64,000 nt of DNA from Podarcis pityusensis (lineage: Eukaryota). Below the pieces are notes generated by a model that was given only the letters and a program-made list of their open reading frames with translations, was not told the DNA's origin and made no database searches. Below, piece by piece: positions 51,141 through 64,000 of the stretch. The position numbers were made by a program, and so were the translations under genes. How positions within the stretch are numbered: position 1 is the first letter of the stretch; every line of letters begins with the position of its first letter. Location of the stretch: assembly GCA_964106645.2 (NCBI GenBank), contig OZ067049.1. One strand, given 5' to 3'.

Positions 51141-53125
51141 AGCGTTTTCCTGGAAAGTGGGGAGCGTTTCCCCTTTTAATTCCCCTTTAATGCATATTTG
51201 TATGGGTGTTCCTAGACCTGCGTTGCTATGGCTGTCAAATCACAAAACTAAGAGTGTTTAGTTGTTGGGAAATGTCCCCAAGGAATTAATTGTCAACTTT
51301 CAGCTCCCTCCGCATAGATCAGATAAAGCAATAAAATCATGCCTAGCCAGGAGTATCACGCTTAGGCAGGGATCTATACGGAAAGACGGTCCTTTAGGTT
51401 GCTCAGGGTGAAGGACATGCCCTTTGCACAGGCTCAGAGGGCCCCTCGGGAGTGTTGGGTTTCCAAGCGTACAGACCCTCCCACAAAAAGGTGGAGGAGA
51501 CTTGAATGGAGCATCTCGCCCTCTGCACCCCAATGAAAGGCAGGTTGGATGCAGAAAAAGTGACGTGCCCCCCCACCCCACTCCAGGTGATAAAGCCCCT
51601 AGCTCAGCCAATGATTGGAACCATCATACATCCAAAGCTGTCTTTTGCTATCCAAATAGCAAAATGCCTACTAGGTCAGATGCCTCTTGGCTATTTATAA
51701 TTTTTCTTTCTTCTTTGAATATCCTTTCAGGATCTGGAACTTGGACCTTTTGCTCACAGCCCACAACGTACCCCCTCTCCCAGCTACTTTCTCCTTGCTT
51801 GAAGTGTTTCTACCAATGCTTGATTCAGTTTTGCATTGTGAGCATTTTGTTTCCATCAAAATGGTTTTGCGTCATTCCATTCAATGTATTTGCATTCTGA
51901 GCCCTGCCACTCTGTCAGAAATCACTGTTTGTGAGAGGTTTGAATGCAGCATGACAGGAGCTGAACTTGTTCTACCACGGGTGACTCCTTGGCCACCAGG
52001 AGACTTTCCCATCTCCAACACAGTTAACTCTCATTAAATGCCAGCACAAGAGCCACTTTTTTGCAAAATTCCTCCAGCTCAGTTGTTGGATGTTGTCATG
52101 TCAAACACATTGGGACAAAAAAAGAATTTATAGAAAGGATGTGTGCTCGCTTTGGGCCATTCCCAAAAATAAGACCTGGCCTCTAGTTTGGAAATCTGTA
52201 TTATATCCTGGACAGCTTAAACAGATGAGTTGTTCTCTCCTTCACAGAGAGTAGGCAAGCTCAAGAAGCTAGGCTGAAGCCTCATACCTGAGGAGAAGGA
52301 AACACTCTCACACAGTCCATGACCAGTCAGCTTTTTGGTATAATAGATCAAGTAGGGTTCAGGCACCATAAGTATTGAAACTGTCTGGGACTTCCATTTC
52401 TTCTCCCCCTTTCATTTGACCACTTTCTTTCAGGAATTATTTCTATTAAGTTGGAGTCTAGACATGTTTTCAGGCCTGTTTTCCTCACCACTCCTACACT
52501 TCGTTCTAGTGGGATTCTGTTTCAGGTCTCATGGGAAGATTTCTCCCCAGGCTCCACAGCACAGGAGAGTAGTCCTCTGATTATCTTCCTACAAAATCTT
52601 AGCAGACCTTGAAGCAGGAATTTCCTCTAAAGAATATTTTGTGCAAATGACATGGGGGAGGGATGAATAAAAACACGGTTTTTTTATTATGAACCAATTC
52701 AAGCCTAAATTGCTGTTTTGTATTTTGTACTTTTTTGGGTTTTAATGTTTCATTTTATCCCCTGGCTAGAGGAGACATCTGTCAACTTCTCTTCATTCAT
52801 TGCACTAGAGATGACCCCAGGCTAAAACCATACATCTGAACAATCTCAGACTAGGAAAGAGTTTGGCTTCAGAGCAAAAATTCTTCCTCTTAAGGCTCCC
52901 TCTTATTGACAGGTTTGGGTTACACTCTGAGGGCATTTCTCTGTTAATGGGGCTGTTCGCTGTTTGTCCGTAACAGAGTATGATAACTTATCCTGTTTTA
53001 TCAGCATAATTTATGAATCTGTACAAGACAGCTTGGTGACCTGTGGCCTTCAGGCACTGTCCAGCCCCTCAGGGGACACCATTGCCTCCCTGGCTGCTAC
53101 CAAGTTCTCTTCAGTCAGAGAGGTA

Positions 53126-53703
53126 GGCCCTATCTGCACTAGACATTTAAAGCATGGCTTCCCCCGTATAATCCTGGGCAGTGTAGCTTGTGAAGGGTGC
53201 TGAGACTCCTGTTCCCCTTGCAGAACTACAATTCTAAGAAAGGTTTAACAGTCAGTCCCTCAACCCAGGAAACTCAAGAAATTGTAGCTCTGTGAGGGGA
53301 CAGTGGTCTCACTGGGAGCCAGTGTGGTGTAGTGGTTAAGAGCGGTGGACTTGTAATCTGGTGAACTGGGTTCGCGTCCCCGCTCCTCCACATGCAGCTG
53401 CTGGGTGACCTTGGGCTAGTCACACTTCTCTGAAGTCTCTCAGCCCCACTCACCTCACAGAGTGTTTGTTGTGGGGGAGGAAGGGAAAGGAGAATGTTAG
53501 CCGCTTTGAGACTCCTTAAGGGGAGTGAAAGGCAGGATATCAAGTCCAAGCTCCTCTCCTTCTTCTTCTTCTTCTTCTTCTTCTTCTTCTTCTCCTAAAA
53601 ACTCTCAGCACCCTAAACAATTACAGTTCCCAGGATTCTTGGAGTGAAGCTCTGACTGTTTAAAGTGGTATAATACTGCTTTTTAAATGGTGTAGATTGG
53701 GCC
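53126..53703. mobile_element. Harbinger-like MITE with nested Squam3 SINE
   Basis: TIRs GGCCCTATCTGCACTA / TGGTGTAGATTGGGCC. The two halves rejoin to match 30197-30511. Confidence 0.8.
53314..53592 (+). mobile_element. Squam3(B) SINE, full length
   Basis: GGGAGCCAGTGTGGTGTAGTGGTTAAGAGC A-box, GGTTCGCGTCCC B-box, CORE TGGGTGACCTTGGGC, (CTT)n tail. Confidence 0.92.
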
Positions 53704-54831
53704 TTGCTTAGAGCAAGAGAAAGAGGTGAAGAAGAATATACTCTTTCTTCCCATCTTAACTTCTCAAGCCATTCAAATCCAGAAAGACATGAGGAGCAAG
53801 GGATGGAGGAAGGATTAGCATTCACCTCCTCCTGTGCTAGCCTATGTCCCTTCTTCCCTCGCGCTTCCCCCCTCTACTTGAAAATGGAAAGGGAGTTGTA
53901 CACAGGGTGCAAAGACAGACCCCCACCTTCTTTATAGTGTCTGGTTTCACATCACCAGAGAGCGAGAGAAAATGCCATCCCCCAAACACACATGAGGACA
54001 CAGACTTCCATGACATTTGCATAAGCCAATTTGTATGTACGGATGCAAATTTGTAAATAATTACTCTCATTTAAAAAAGAAATACATCTCATCATGGTAT
54101 GTATGTCTTTATTTATTTTGTTAGTTTAATCGCAGAGGGAGCCCAGGGTAGTTAACATCATGCAATAATACGAACAATACAATAGAAACACTTAGAACAA
54201 ATTTAAAAATGACAGCAGTTAATACTTTCAGTGCCGTGAAGAGACCTACACACAATTATCTCTCAAGGGCCTGGACAAGTAAGCTTTAACATTCTGCAGG
54301 AACATAGCCAAGGTAGAAGACTGTCTGATTTTCACCTGGGAGGGAGTGTCAAAAGCAGAGCCAGGTGGTGTGTGTGCCTCCTCGGTTGGCTGCCCAGATA
54401 TTAAATGTTGTTAAGTAACTTCAAAGTCCCTGCTCTGACTTCTTATAGTTCACTGTCTTAAAAATAAAATCAGACAGCCCTTCAAATTGAGGACTATCCT
54501 CTATAAAGTAGGGCACAAAGCCATCCTATTTTCACCTGGAGACAATTATGCTGCTGAATACCAGTTGCTGGAAGCCACAGGACAAGAGAGTGTTCTTGGG
54601 CTCAGCTGCTGCTTGTAGACTTCCCGTTGGCATCTGGTTGGCCACTGAGAACAGGATGCTAGCCTTTGGCCTGATCCAGTAGGCCTATTCTCACTACCAA
54701 TTGGTTAGGTGGTTTGGCCCCCTTCATCTCCTGCTGGTCCCTCCAAATTGCTGCCCCCGCCCCCCCCAATTAATTAACTGCTAATCAAATTAGTATTTGA
54801 TTGCTTTGTACCGAGTGCTCTGTCATGTATG

Positions 54832-55545
54832 TGTAGCAGGAACCCCCCACCCCAATCATTCAGTTTGTACAAACTTCACACACTCACACTCACACACTAC
54901 ATATGCCACACTTCGGTTATAAATTCATAGAAAAATCAACCATACATCAGATTTGCACTGTTCCATTTTTATTTTACTCCATATGACAAGGACTATCAAA
55001 GGGGGGTGGCTTGGTTCTGGTCAGCCATAATCCCTTCACCATCCACAGGAGCCCTGCCCAGTTGCTATGCCAACCCTGATGGTCCTAGACAGAAGACCAT
55101 CAAGATCACAAAGAACTTGCATATGGGAGTGGATTCAGCATGGACTGAAACAAAGGACAATGATCAGATCTTCCCTCTGGGGGCAGGAAACTGCCAACTC
55201 CCCTTTGTCTCCTGGAAGTGACTCATGGGGAGGGGGAAAGGAGGTACCCGCCAGGTGACAGGACACTCAGGTTACCACCACAACTCCTCCCTCAACCCCT
55301 CCTTTCTGTAATGTATGCATGATGTTTCTGGGGGTGGGCTTGACCTAGAGGATGGGAATTTCAAAAGTTTTTATAAGGTCTTGCACACCATCTTTCTGGG
55401 TCTTTCCTCTCTCTTGCAAGTGAGGGGAACACCCTGTTGCAACAGTTCAATAAAGGCCAAGCCTACAGGCTGCTGTTTTGCTCCAAGTTATCCTGGTTGG
55501 TGTCTTTATTTTGTCCAAGGGAGCCCTCGGATTTTTCCGGTAACA
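54832..55545 (+). mobile_element. Solo LTR (ERV1-like or Gypsy, 714 bp)
   Basis: TGTAGCAGGAA ... TTCCGGTAACA termini; 4-bp TSD TATG (54828-31, 55546-49); TATA-like TTTATAAGG near 55371; AATAAA at 55449. Confidence 0.8.
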
Positions 55546-55576
55546 TATGGAAGTCAAGTGGTGACTTTATCTAAAG

Positions 55577-55711
55577 CAGTGTTTCCCAAACTTGGGTCTC
55601 CAGCTGTTTTTAGACTACAGCTCCCATCATCCCTAGCTAGCAGGACCATTGGTCAGGGATGATGGGAATCATAGTCCAAAACAGCTGGAGACCCACGTTT
55701 GGGAAGCACTG
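55577..55711. mobile_element. hAT-Charlie-type MITE, near-perfect hairpin
   Basis: TIRs CAGTGTTTCCCAAAC / GTTTGGGAAGCACTG; perfect 8-bp TSD ATCTAAAG. Confidence 0.93.
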
Positions 55712-58169
55712 ATCTAAAGGCTGGTGTTTCCTTTTATTTCCTTTGGGGTCCTTTCTTTTTATCAGCTAGCAGAATATTTGTTTTTAATCAGCTTTTGTTA
55801 TGCTGTCAAATCTTTTCTCTCTCTCTTTCTCTCTTGCCCTTTACAAAATATAAACATATACTTAATGAGGTATTGCTTGCTTTCTTTTTTGTTTAGACAT
55901 GCTTTTATATACCTTTTTGAGCTGACCACCAGGTGGGCATTAGCCAAGCCTCAATGCACTTGGTTAAGAGAGGCCAGCTCCTTTCAAAGTCCTCCTGCCT
56001 CACTGTACCTCATTCTTTTTCCACCACTGAGCAAAGCTGACATTGATAGACTGTTGGCAGGGAGACCCTGTTCAAGGTCAAATATTGACATGTAGGCCTG
56101 TATATATGACACATGAGGAGGATGGATTGTGTGAACTCATGTCTGGAGCAGGAGAATGTCGCTGAAAGATACTCTTTTTGTGAGAATGTGAATCATTAAC
56201 TGCTGATAGAACTTCAGTAAACCATGTTTGCTTTCTCCTCAAATATAAATACAGTTTGGTATCGTTCACATGGAGCCAGTAGAGCTAGTTTAGAGGCAAA
56301 TTAGTTCTTTAAAGTTTTCTGGAAAACACAAAACTAATTAACTTACAGACAACAGTTGCTGATATCCCCGGTGTGGTGCTATGAGATTCTTTCCGTCTCT
56401 TTCTCTTGCATGTTGTTGAATGCTGATGGTCTGAAGAAAAATTGCCTCAGGGATTCTTCATAATTTTTTAACTGGGAAAGTCTCTGGTGTTCTGTTTAGT
56501 TGCTTCTGAATTACAGTTAGTTAAGCAGCATTCGAGCTTGTTTCTTCCTTTCATCCTTCACTTAGGCAACCATTGCATGGATTAGATTATAAAGTGCTTT
56601 GGCACATGGAATGACTGGAGCAATTTGCTCTTGGTGCCTTCAATGGAAGTATCCTTTTTCTAAAAAGAATATGTATATAGCAGCTTAGCATTTCCTGAGC
56701 ACCTTGGAATCAATGAATAATTGTCCTAGATTTTCCCCTTAAATGTCTTTATCAGTCTTTTAATGGCAAAGGAAATTCTAAGAGGACAGAGCAATACTAG
56801 AGCCAAAGCATTCTCTCTATATAGTGGAACCTCCCTACATTGTTCAATTTCTAATCCCCTAAAAATGGAGAAGGGGGGCAGTTTACTCAGCTGAATTGGT
56901 GTGTGATTATTTTCACATATATGGGAAGAATACAGTATTGTACATCTGTGCCCATGAATATGAAATTGTTTTAATTTATTGCATTATTGTCAAACCACTT
57001 TTGAATGCTTTATAGCAAGCAGTTCATAAATGAAATTTTAAAAAATGCAAAGCCAAACAAAATAATGTTTCTGTTTGGGCCTGTTAGAATAGAAGTCCTA
57101 TAACATGAAGCTCCAAATGTACATATAGTGATCCTTTTCTGATACATATGCATCATAGTGTATTGAGAAAGCAAGTTTTCCCTCTCCTGTCCCTATTCAT
57201 AATTTTATAAGCCTCTTATTGGGCTTCCTAGTCATCTTTCTAAATTAAAAGTGTCCAAATCTTTAGCTTTCTGTTTTAGGCATCCCAACCCATACATGCA
57301 CCTAAATGCAGGAGGGTATTTAATACTTAGATTCATTCTGCTATGAAACTTACTGCAAATTAGCTTCATTGGCAGTAGATTTAGTACAGACAAAAGATAA
57401 GCCAGACCCTTGGATATCTATTAAAACATATTTAAAAGTTATTATGGCGGCCTCAGTTCAAATGCCAGTGGATTGAGGGCAATACGACAAAAGAACCAAT
57501 AAAAAGATGAATTTTTGTCCATCTGCACACAAAAACTAAGGACAGCGCAGTTTGAAATATGGGCTAACCTCTCACCTCATTTGCTACGAGTCATGCACAT
57601 GCCACACTTTAATGGGAGCTTTGTCTTTGCTGTCCCTGTTTTGTAACATAAACATTCTTTCGTAGATATCGGTCTGGTTCTTTCCCTGACCTCAGCACTG
57701 ACACGAAATATCTGAAGTATTTGGACAGTAAACTTGTGTCAAAAGTACAAGTTAAAATGGCTGGGGGGGGCGGTGTGAGGAACCAAGCTTCTGCACACAC
57801 TTTAAAATAACAGCACTTAAGAGATATTTATTATACAGTACAATCTTTATGAGTTATAAAAAAAGAAAATATCCACACAATCAGTGCTTCCACCACCACC
57901 ACCACAGCCCACTTCAACTCTGAACGTTTCCATGAACATCCTTGTTACTTCGCAGGATCTTGATTTCCACCTATGCCATCCAAAAGAATTTCACCACCAC
58001 CACCTGAACTAGTACCCCGACTGTAAAAATGGCTGTGGGAGGCGTTACTCAGATTATACTACTACAAGAGAATTTATAGTAGCTTCCCACCACCACCTTT
58101 GGCTTCACAACTCCTGGCAGGAAGATAACCTCCAGCCTCTGATCATCAGCAAGACTGAGCAATTAGCAA

Positions 58170-58490
58170 AGCTGCCCCAGACAAGACTGAAATAATGATG
58201 GCTGTCAGTTCTTGTTACCTGAGCGGCATAGACATGCCCATTATTGATCAGGTTTGGCCTCCTGTTGTCATTCAGACCTGTATCCTTCAGGTGCTCCTGG
58301 ACCCATCATTACGTCCAAAATTCCAGACTGCGGCAGTGGCCAGGAGCACTTCCTAGCTACTCCATCTCAGTGAGAAAGCTCTGGCACTTTCTTTCAGATT
58401 CTAGCCTGGTAACTGTCATTCATTCCTTTCATAACCTCAAGTATAGACTATGCAAGGATGATGCCCTTGAGGACTTCTCTGCAGCCTGCC
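58170..58490 (+). mobile_element. Old L2 ORF2 remnant
   Basis: CCAGACAAGACTGAA (PDKTE) and ATAACCTCAAGTATAGACTATGC (ITSSIDY.), homologous to the TSRLDYCN region near 5.3 kb. Confidence 0.6.
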
Positions 58491-59200
58491 TCTTCGCAAG
58501 ATAGGAAGGGAGGGACGCATCAGGTATCACTCCTCAGTTCTGCCCTGCTGCTGTCAGTTCAAATCTCCTGAGAGTCATTTGTCTGTCATTGGTCCCAGCT
58601 TTTCAGCATTCCTTGTAAAAGTAAGCAGAAAGAGACTAATGGGAGACTGGTCAATATTCTGTGTTTTGTTCTTTAATTTCTATTTTTCTTACCCTGCCCA
58701 TTTCTGGAACTTGTGGAGCTACGTGTGTATTTTACCTGTGGCATATACAGTAATACAGGCAACTCCCCATTTACATGTGATCTAGGCACATGGCAAACCC
58801 AGAAGTGGCATGAAAAGGGGCAAAAACAGCCCTAAAAGACTGCAAAAACTGCAAAGGTGGTGTGAAAATAGCGTCTAGAAATCCCACAAACCTTTGCAAG
58901 TGCAGTTTCAGGAACCTTTGCACCAAACTTTGAGGCCTTTGGAGAGTTGGAGTTTGAGCAAGGAGTTTTGGAAGGAGCAATTGTGGTGAAGTTTGGTGAG
59001 CTTTTGGTTTTTTAAAGGACTTTCCAAGTTGTTGTATAACCTCTGAGATAGCTATTTGTAGAGAGTCTGGAAGTGTTTTCAAAGGGAGGGGGAAGCAATC
59101 AAACTTTTTAAAAAAAATAACGAATAAAAAAATCCATGAATATTATAGAATGGTAGAAAAATCGCCTCACTGTTCAGAGCTTGGTCTCTTCACTCTCAGC

Positions 59201-59700
59201 TAGGGCTGGGGAGAAATTCATTTGGTTCACAACCTACCTAATTCACACTTCCCAAACTAGTTAGAGAACTAAAACACAGTTAACCTTTGAAAAATCACAA
59301 AACTGAATTTTGCAATGGTCTTCTCTGTGGGAAGGAGGTAAATATATTTATTATGGTCATAGACCCAAAAAAGCTGATACACATAGAATAATCGGCATAA
59401 TATGAAAACATAAGATTCACACGGAGTCAACAGAAAATACAGTTGTACAACCCAAAAAGTACATATAAAAAAACATATATTATTTTTACTAAAATATGTA
59501 TTTTTTGTGCACTTTCCCCCAGTGTATGCTTTTTTGTATGCATATAAAATAAAGTACAAAAATGCAATTAGGGAAATTTACTCGCAAAGAAATGTATCAG
59601 GGGAAATCACATAGCACAAACAAAACTCAGATACTACAAATTGGATGAACTGAAGGTTGGAAAAAAGAGAAACTAGAAATGACAGATTTGTCAATTTCTC
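59201..59700. mobile_element. Old non-autonomous DNA element
   Basis: TAGGGCTGGGGAGAAATT start; both ends shared with the split element at 13550-15055. Confidence 0.5.
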
Positions 59701-62700
59701 TTCTCAACTTCTACACTATCTCTCTCTTTTCTCTTCATACATTAGTGCTCTGCTCAGCTTGGTTTTTCCTTCCACATCAAAACTCTGCTCTGAAGACATT
59801 GCAAGCAAGGCAGAACAGCTGACTGTTCAGGTTGAGATCCTTTTCCTTTATCCATTATCCTTGTCTTCAACCAGGGATACCTGATCATTCTGGGGCATCC
59901 TCCTTTGGACCCCCTTCCTGTTGTCTCTGGCTATTTTTTAAAGAAGAAATTATTCAGATAATTTGTTGTTGGCCTACAACTTTAATGGAAAAACCCACAG
60001 GCCCAAACAAAAACCCTAACTGCTAACTTTCAATTTCCCATTTCTTTCTCTCTATAATCCTGGTGTTAGAAGTAGGTATTGTATTTATCATCTTCGCCCA
60101 GAGCTGAATCTTACTTCCTTTCCCTCACTTTTAGACCTTATCACATCATTTGCAAACACTTTATCTCTGTAACGGAAAATAAATGAAATCCCGGTCTTTT
60201 CAATGAAATGCCTTGATGAAATGGATGGCCCCAAAAATCTATATTTAGATGAGTGACTCCTGTTTTTGTAGAAGACATGATAAATGTTTCATGCATATAA
60301 ACTGAAGATTGATGGATTTAATGATCGCACCCTAACTGGTAGAATGCTATTTTGGAATAATTAAATGTGCCATCATTTGCAAGTCTAAATAGTTCATTGT
60401 TAACTTGTATTTCTGTCTGTCAACAGGCTCTTCCACTTTGTGAGGAAAATTTATCATTAAAACAATTGAACATATCATCAGAGAGTGTGTGCATGTGTGG
60501 CTAATAACCCATTTCATAGGACCCTTGTTTGGCTCCACCACTTCAGAAAACTTAATTTATGTATGGATCCCTTTCACAAAAGAAACACATGACAGGCATT
60601 AGTAAGCAGCCCTTAGCAGAGATCTCATTTCAAGAGTAGCGCTAAATGTGTAGTTTGAACTTTAACTAAATATCATTATAATACAATGGCAGAAGAAGCT
60701 GTAAATTATGATGCGTGAAAATGTGTGTGTGTGTGTATTTTAGATGAGTTTAGCTTTTTTGGGTGCTTTGTACTTTTGTTCTGCTTGAAAACTATTCAGT
60801 AGTTGTGTTTGAACACTATCTACACATGGAGGGGAAACATATTGTTCATGGCCAATCTGTATGCATTTAGCATAAGAATCCCCTCATACAGAACAGTGCA
60901 TTTTCATGCAAACAGTAACACACACAAAATAGGCTTCCAGACTGTGCACAGAGATTGATCAGATCAGATCTTTCTACACTCCAACCTAATTGTTTAACTG
61001 AGAAAGTGGAGGGGGGGTGCCTCATACTTAATCTCTGTACTTCCTTCCACCTGTTTTTAACAAGTGATCATCAGGCACTACCTTTTTTGTAGCTCAGATC
61101 CTGGTCCTTTCCATTCATTCAACACCACGCCCTCCAACATTTTGAAACCAAAACCCAGGACGCCATCTTCCCATTTTATATTATGAGAGCCATTTTGGTT
61201 GCCATAATCTTGCACGATTTCATGCAAAAAAAAACCACCAACCCACTTTTTTGGGCACGGCACCCAAAAACGCACAGTTTGGGACACTGAGTGAGATTGC
61301 GGCCCTGGGGGGGAGAGCTCTTGGGGGGAGGGGAATCATGCTGTGATATCGCACAATATCCCAGCAACCTGATGGATCTGATTCTGTGCAGTGCTGCTCC
61401 TTTGCCAGCAGCTTGCCTTGCATGGAGGGAAGCCACTCGTGATGAAGCATTGTGCAGGATCAGGTCCTCCTGCTTAACTTGTTTTGTCCCTGAAGTATGC
61501 ATTGGATTGCAGTATTACTTCCTCGTTAAGTATGCATGGGACTGTAGGCATCTGGTAGATACCTTAAAATGCAATTTGTGATGTGTCTCATAGGGAAGAC
61601 TTAATAGTTCCACCATAAAAGAAGCAGTGGGTTTCCTCATCTCCCCCCACACCCAATGCCCTGTATTTAATTCATACAATTTATGTTTGTTGTGCCTATT
61701 TATGAGCAATAGAACTCATAAATAGACCTTTCCACGACAAAATGCTCTTTCACTGTGAATTTAGAGCTTCCAAGTTGATAAATTCTAACCATATATTTAA
61801 CTGAGACCTCAAAGCTAACCTTAGTGTTTCAAAACACTTTGGGATTAGTGAAGAGTAATTAAAAGCAAAGTCTCCATAAAAGCTCATTGTAGCAATAACC
61901 ATCCATCTTTTTAATAGCGCAGCCAATACACTTTTACTTTTGGTTCACTGTTGCAGCAAGTGACCCTCCCACCTTTTCAAAGGTCAGCTGAGACTATTTA
62001 CACCAAGGCTTAAGAAAATGGCCTGGGAGACGCTGTCATGGATTCTATCGCAGGGAAATGGCTGTGTCCAGAAGAAGCAATCCTACAATGATTGCAACTG
62101 TGCTGTAGTTGTTTTGTTAAAATTCAAGTTTGTACAAGAAGCAAAGTCTAGTTGAATGGGAAGTTAATGAGAAAAACTATGAAATTCAGTATCTCTTAGT
62201 CTTGTGTGCATGTTTGAGCATGCACACAAGTGGAACAAGAGTAATGATGGAATGCAAAGGTGTTTTCCTTTATTTCTGTTTACAGGTGGACACCCTGCCA
62301 CTCTGTGGGTCCATGAAGGTGCATGATGATGCCAGTCGCTAATACTGGATCAGTTATAAGATTCAAGGAACTCAAGATGGTTTTATAAATTGAAAAGTGT
62401 CTTTTAATCTGAATTAACAACTTAACGTAAGTGGGTTGCGTCCAACCATGTTGTTCCATTTGCACAAAGACTTCTACTCGCATAAGAGAACTTAGCCACC
62501 ATCTCTTTCACTCACATGAACCCCATATCTATTCTGAGGCTTTTCCCAACCCTCCAAAACATTTGGGGGGGATGCACAAGGAGTGAAGAAGCAACAGAAG
62601 TTCTCTGCATGAGCAGAAGTCTTTGCAGGAATGGGATAACTTCAGAAGTGAACCCAGAAGTGAATTCCATGGTCCCTTATAGGGACTGCTATAAACAGCT

Positions 62701-62752
62701 GCATATCCAGCTCTGACCAGAACATGGTGTTATAGCCAAGTATACGCAAGAC

Positions 62753-63003
62753 CAGGGGTTAGCAAACTTTTTCAGCATGCGGCTGGTCCACTGTCCCACA
62801 GACCTTGTCAGGGGTCAGACTATATTTTGGAAAAAGAAAAAGAACGAATTCCTATGCCCCACAAGTAACCCAGACATGCATTTTAAATAAAAGGACACAT
62901 TCTACTCATGTAAAAACATGCTGATTCCCAGAGCATCCATGGGCCAGATTTAGAAGGCAATTGGGCCGGATCTGGCCCCGGGGCCTTAGTTTGCCTACCC
63001 ATG
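62753..63003 (+). mobile_element. hAT-Charlie MITE resembling OposCharlie1/MER30-like elements
   Basis: TIRs CAGGGGTTAGCAAACT / AGTTTGCCTACCCATG; 8-bp TSD CGCAAGAC / TGCAAGAC. Confidence 0.85.
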
Positions 63004-63297
63004 TGCAAGACCTATTGAAACCAACTGGAGTTCAGTGCTTAACTGTGCACTAAGCTAACACACTAGTGCATGCCTCATTTTGCATAGATTGTGACTGTTA
63101 ACTGTATTACCAATTACATGGTCAGTTACAAGATGGACACTTTAGGGCAGAGATAGAGAGCATATGGCCTTCCATATGTTGTTAGATTCCAACTCCCACC
63201 AACCCCAGCCAGCACTGGCAGTGGTCAAAGATGATGGAAGCTGTTGTCCAACAACATATTGAGGGTCACAGCCTCTCCATACCTGCTTTGCAGATAC

Positions 63298-63330
<33 letters not shown>
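63298..63330 (+). repeat. (ATTG)n microsatellite
   Basis: Direct repeat. Confidence 0.9.
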
Positions 63331-63331
<1 letters not shown>

Positions 63332-63569
63332 AAATATTTTTTGGCTGCCTATAATGGTAAAAACCCTCTCCGTGAAGCTTACAACAAAATACAATGCCAT
63401 GCAGTTATAAACTTAACTAAGCTTAAGAATTACATATTTCTGCTTGGCACCTTTCAGTGGGAAGGCTTGTCTCCCTAGTTGCTCCTATACAAGCTTTCCA
63501 GGGACAGAGTTTAGTTAAACCATTTTGTTCCGCTACACTAGAAATGTTGGTCAGAGTTAAGGCAGGGTT

Positions 63570-63780
63570 AACTGTGGAACGCCTTCCCTTCAGATGTCAA
63601 GGAAATAAACAACTATCTCACTTTTAGAAGACATCTGAAGGCAGCCCTGTTTAGAGAACCTTATAAGGATTGATATTTTTATTATGTTTTTAGGTATGTT
63701 GTAAGCTGCCCAGAGTGGCTGGGGAAACTCAGCCAGATGGGCGGGGTATAAATAATAAAATTATTACTATTATTAATATC
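63570..63780 (+). mobile_element. L2 LINE 3' end
   Basis: Encodes LWNAFPSDVKEINNYLTFRRHLKAALF, then a GCCCAGAGTGGCTGGGG hairpin and a TAT-rich tail. Flanking duplication AGTTAAGGCA(G/A)GGTT at 63555 and 63790. Confidence 0.85.
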
Positions 63781-64000
63781 GGTTAGACTAGTTAAGGCAA
63801 GGTTGCAACAAAGGCAAAGTTCTCCTGTTATGTTAGGGTTCTCTTCCTAAATTTTACTCCACCAACTTTGCCTCCTGGATCCTTTGCAGAAGTCTAAAAC
63901 TGATGCAAAGGAAGGGATTGCTTCTGCAAACAAATCCTGAGTTAGCTACTTTATTGTAGTACCACCTTCCCCAGCCTGGTACCTCCAGATGTTTCAGACT

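Noticed and set aside
53314-53390. tRNA-like sequence (also at about 919, 7608 and 33880-33945)
   Set aside because: These are SINE heads that continue into SINE bodies and tails, not standalone tRNA genes.
1-64000. CRISPR arrays, operons or other prokaryote-type systems
   Set aside because: The sequence is repeat-rich vertebrate DNA with no regularly spaced repeats or gene-dense segments.

Overview
Vertebrate nuclear DNA, almost certainly from a lacertid lizard: it carries Podarcis-type Sauria/Squam1 SINEs, Squam3 SINEs with (CTT)n tails and Squam2 SINEs. The window is intronic or intergenic, and I cannot recognise any host protein-coding gene. The only clearly protein-like ORFs are transposon-derived (L1 ORF2, L2, CR1, RTE). 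It contains a young 3.3-kb 5'-truncated L1, a three-layer nest (DNA element > L1 > Gypsy-type solo LTR), two further solo LTRs and an LTR/DIRS-like terminal repeat, many hAT/Harbinger/Tigger MITEs with TIRs and TSDs, and several repeat-free blocks rich in homeodomain motifs that look like conserved enhancers. Most noteworthy are: (1) a Gypsy-type solo LTR whose U3 is one 217-codon acidic-then-basic ORF starting at LTR base 2, echoed by a second decayed LTR family; (2) an intact minimal hammerhead ribozyme in a Penelope fragment; (3) a chain of well-formed minus-strand exons of an unidentified transcript. I found no firm evidence of a wholly new biological system. Repeat family names rest on my recall of consensus sequences and were not checked against a database.
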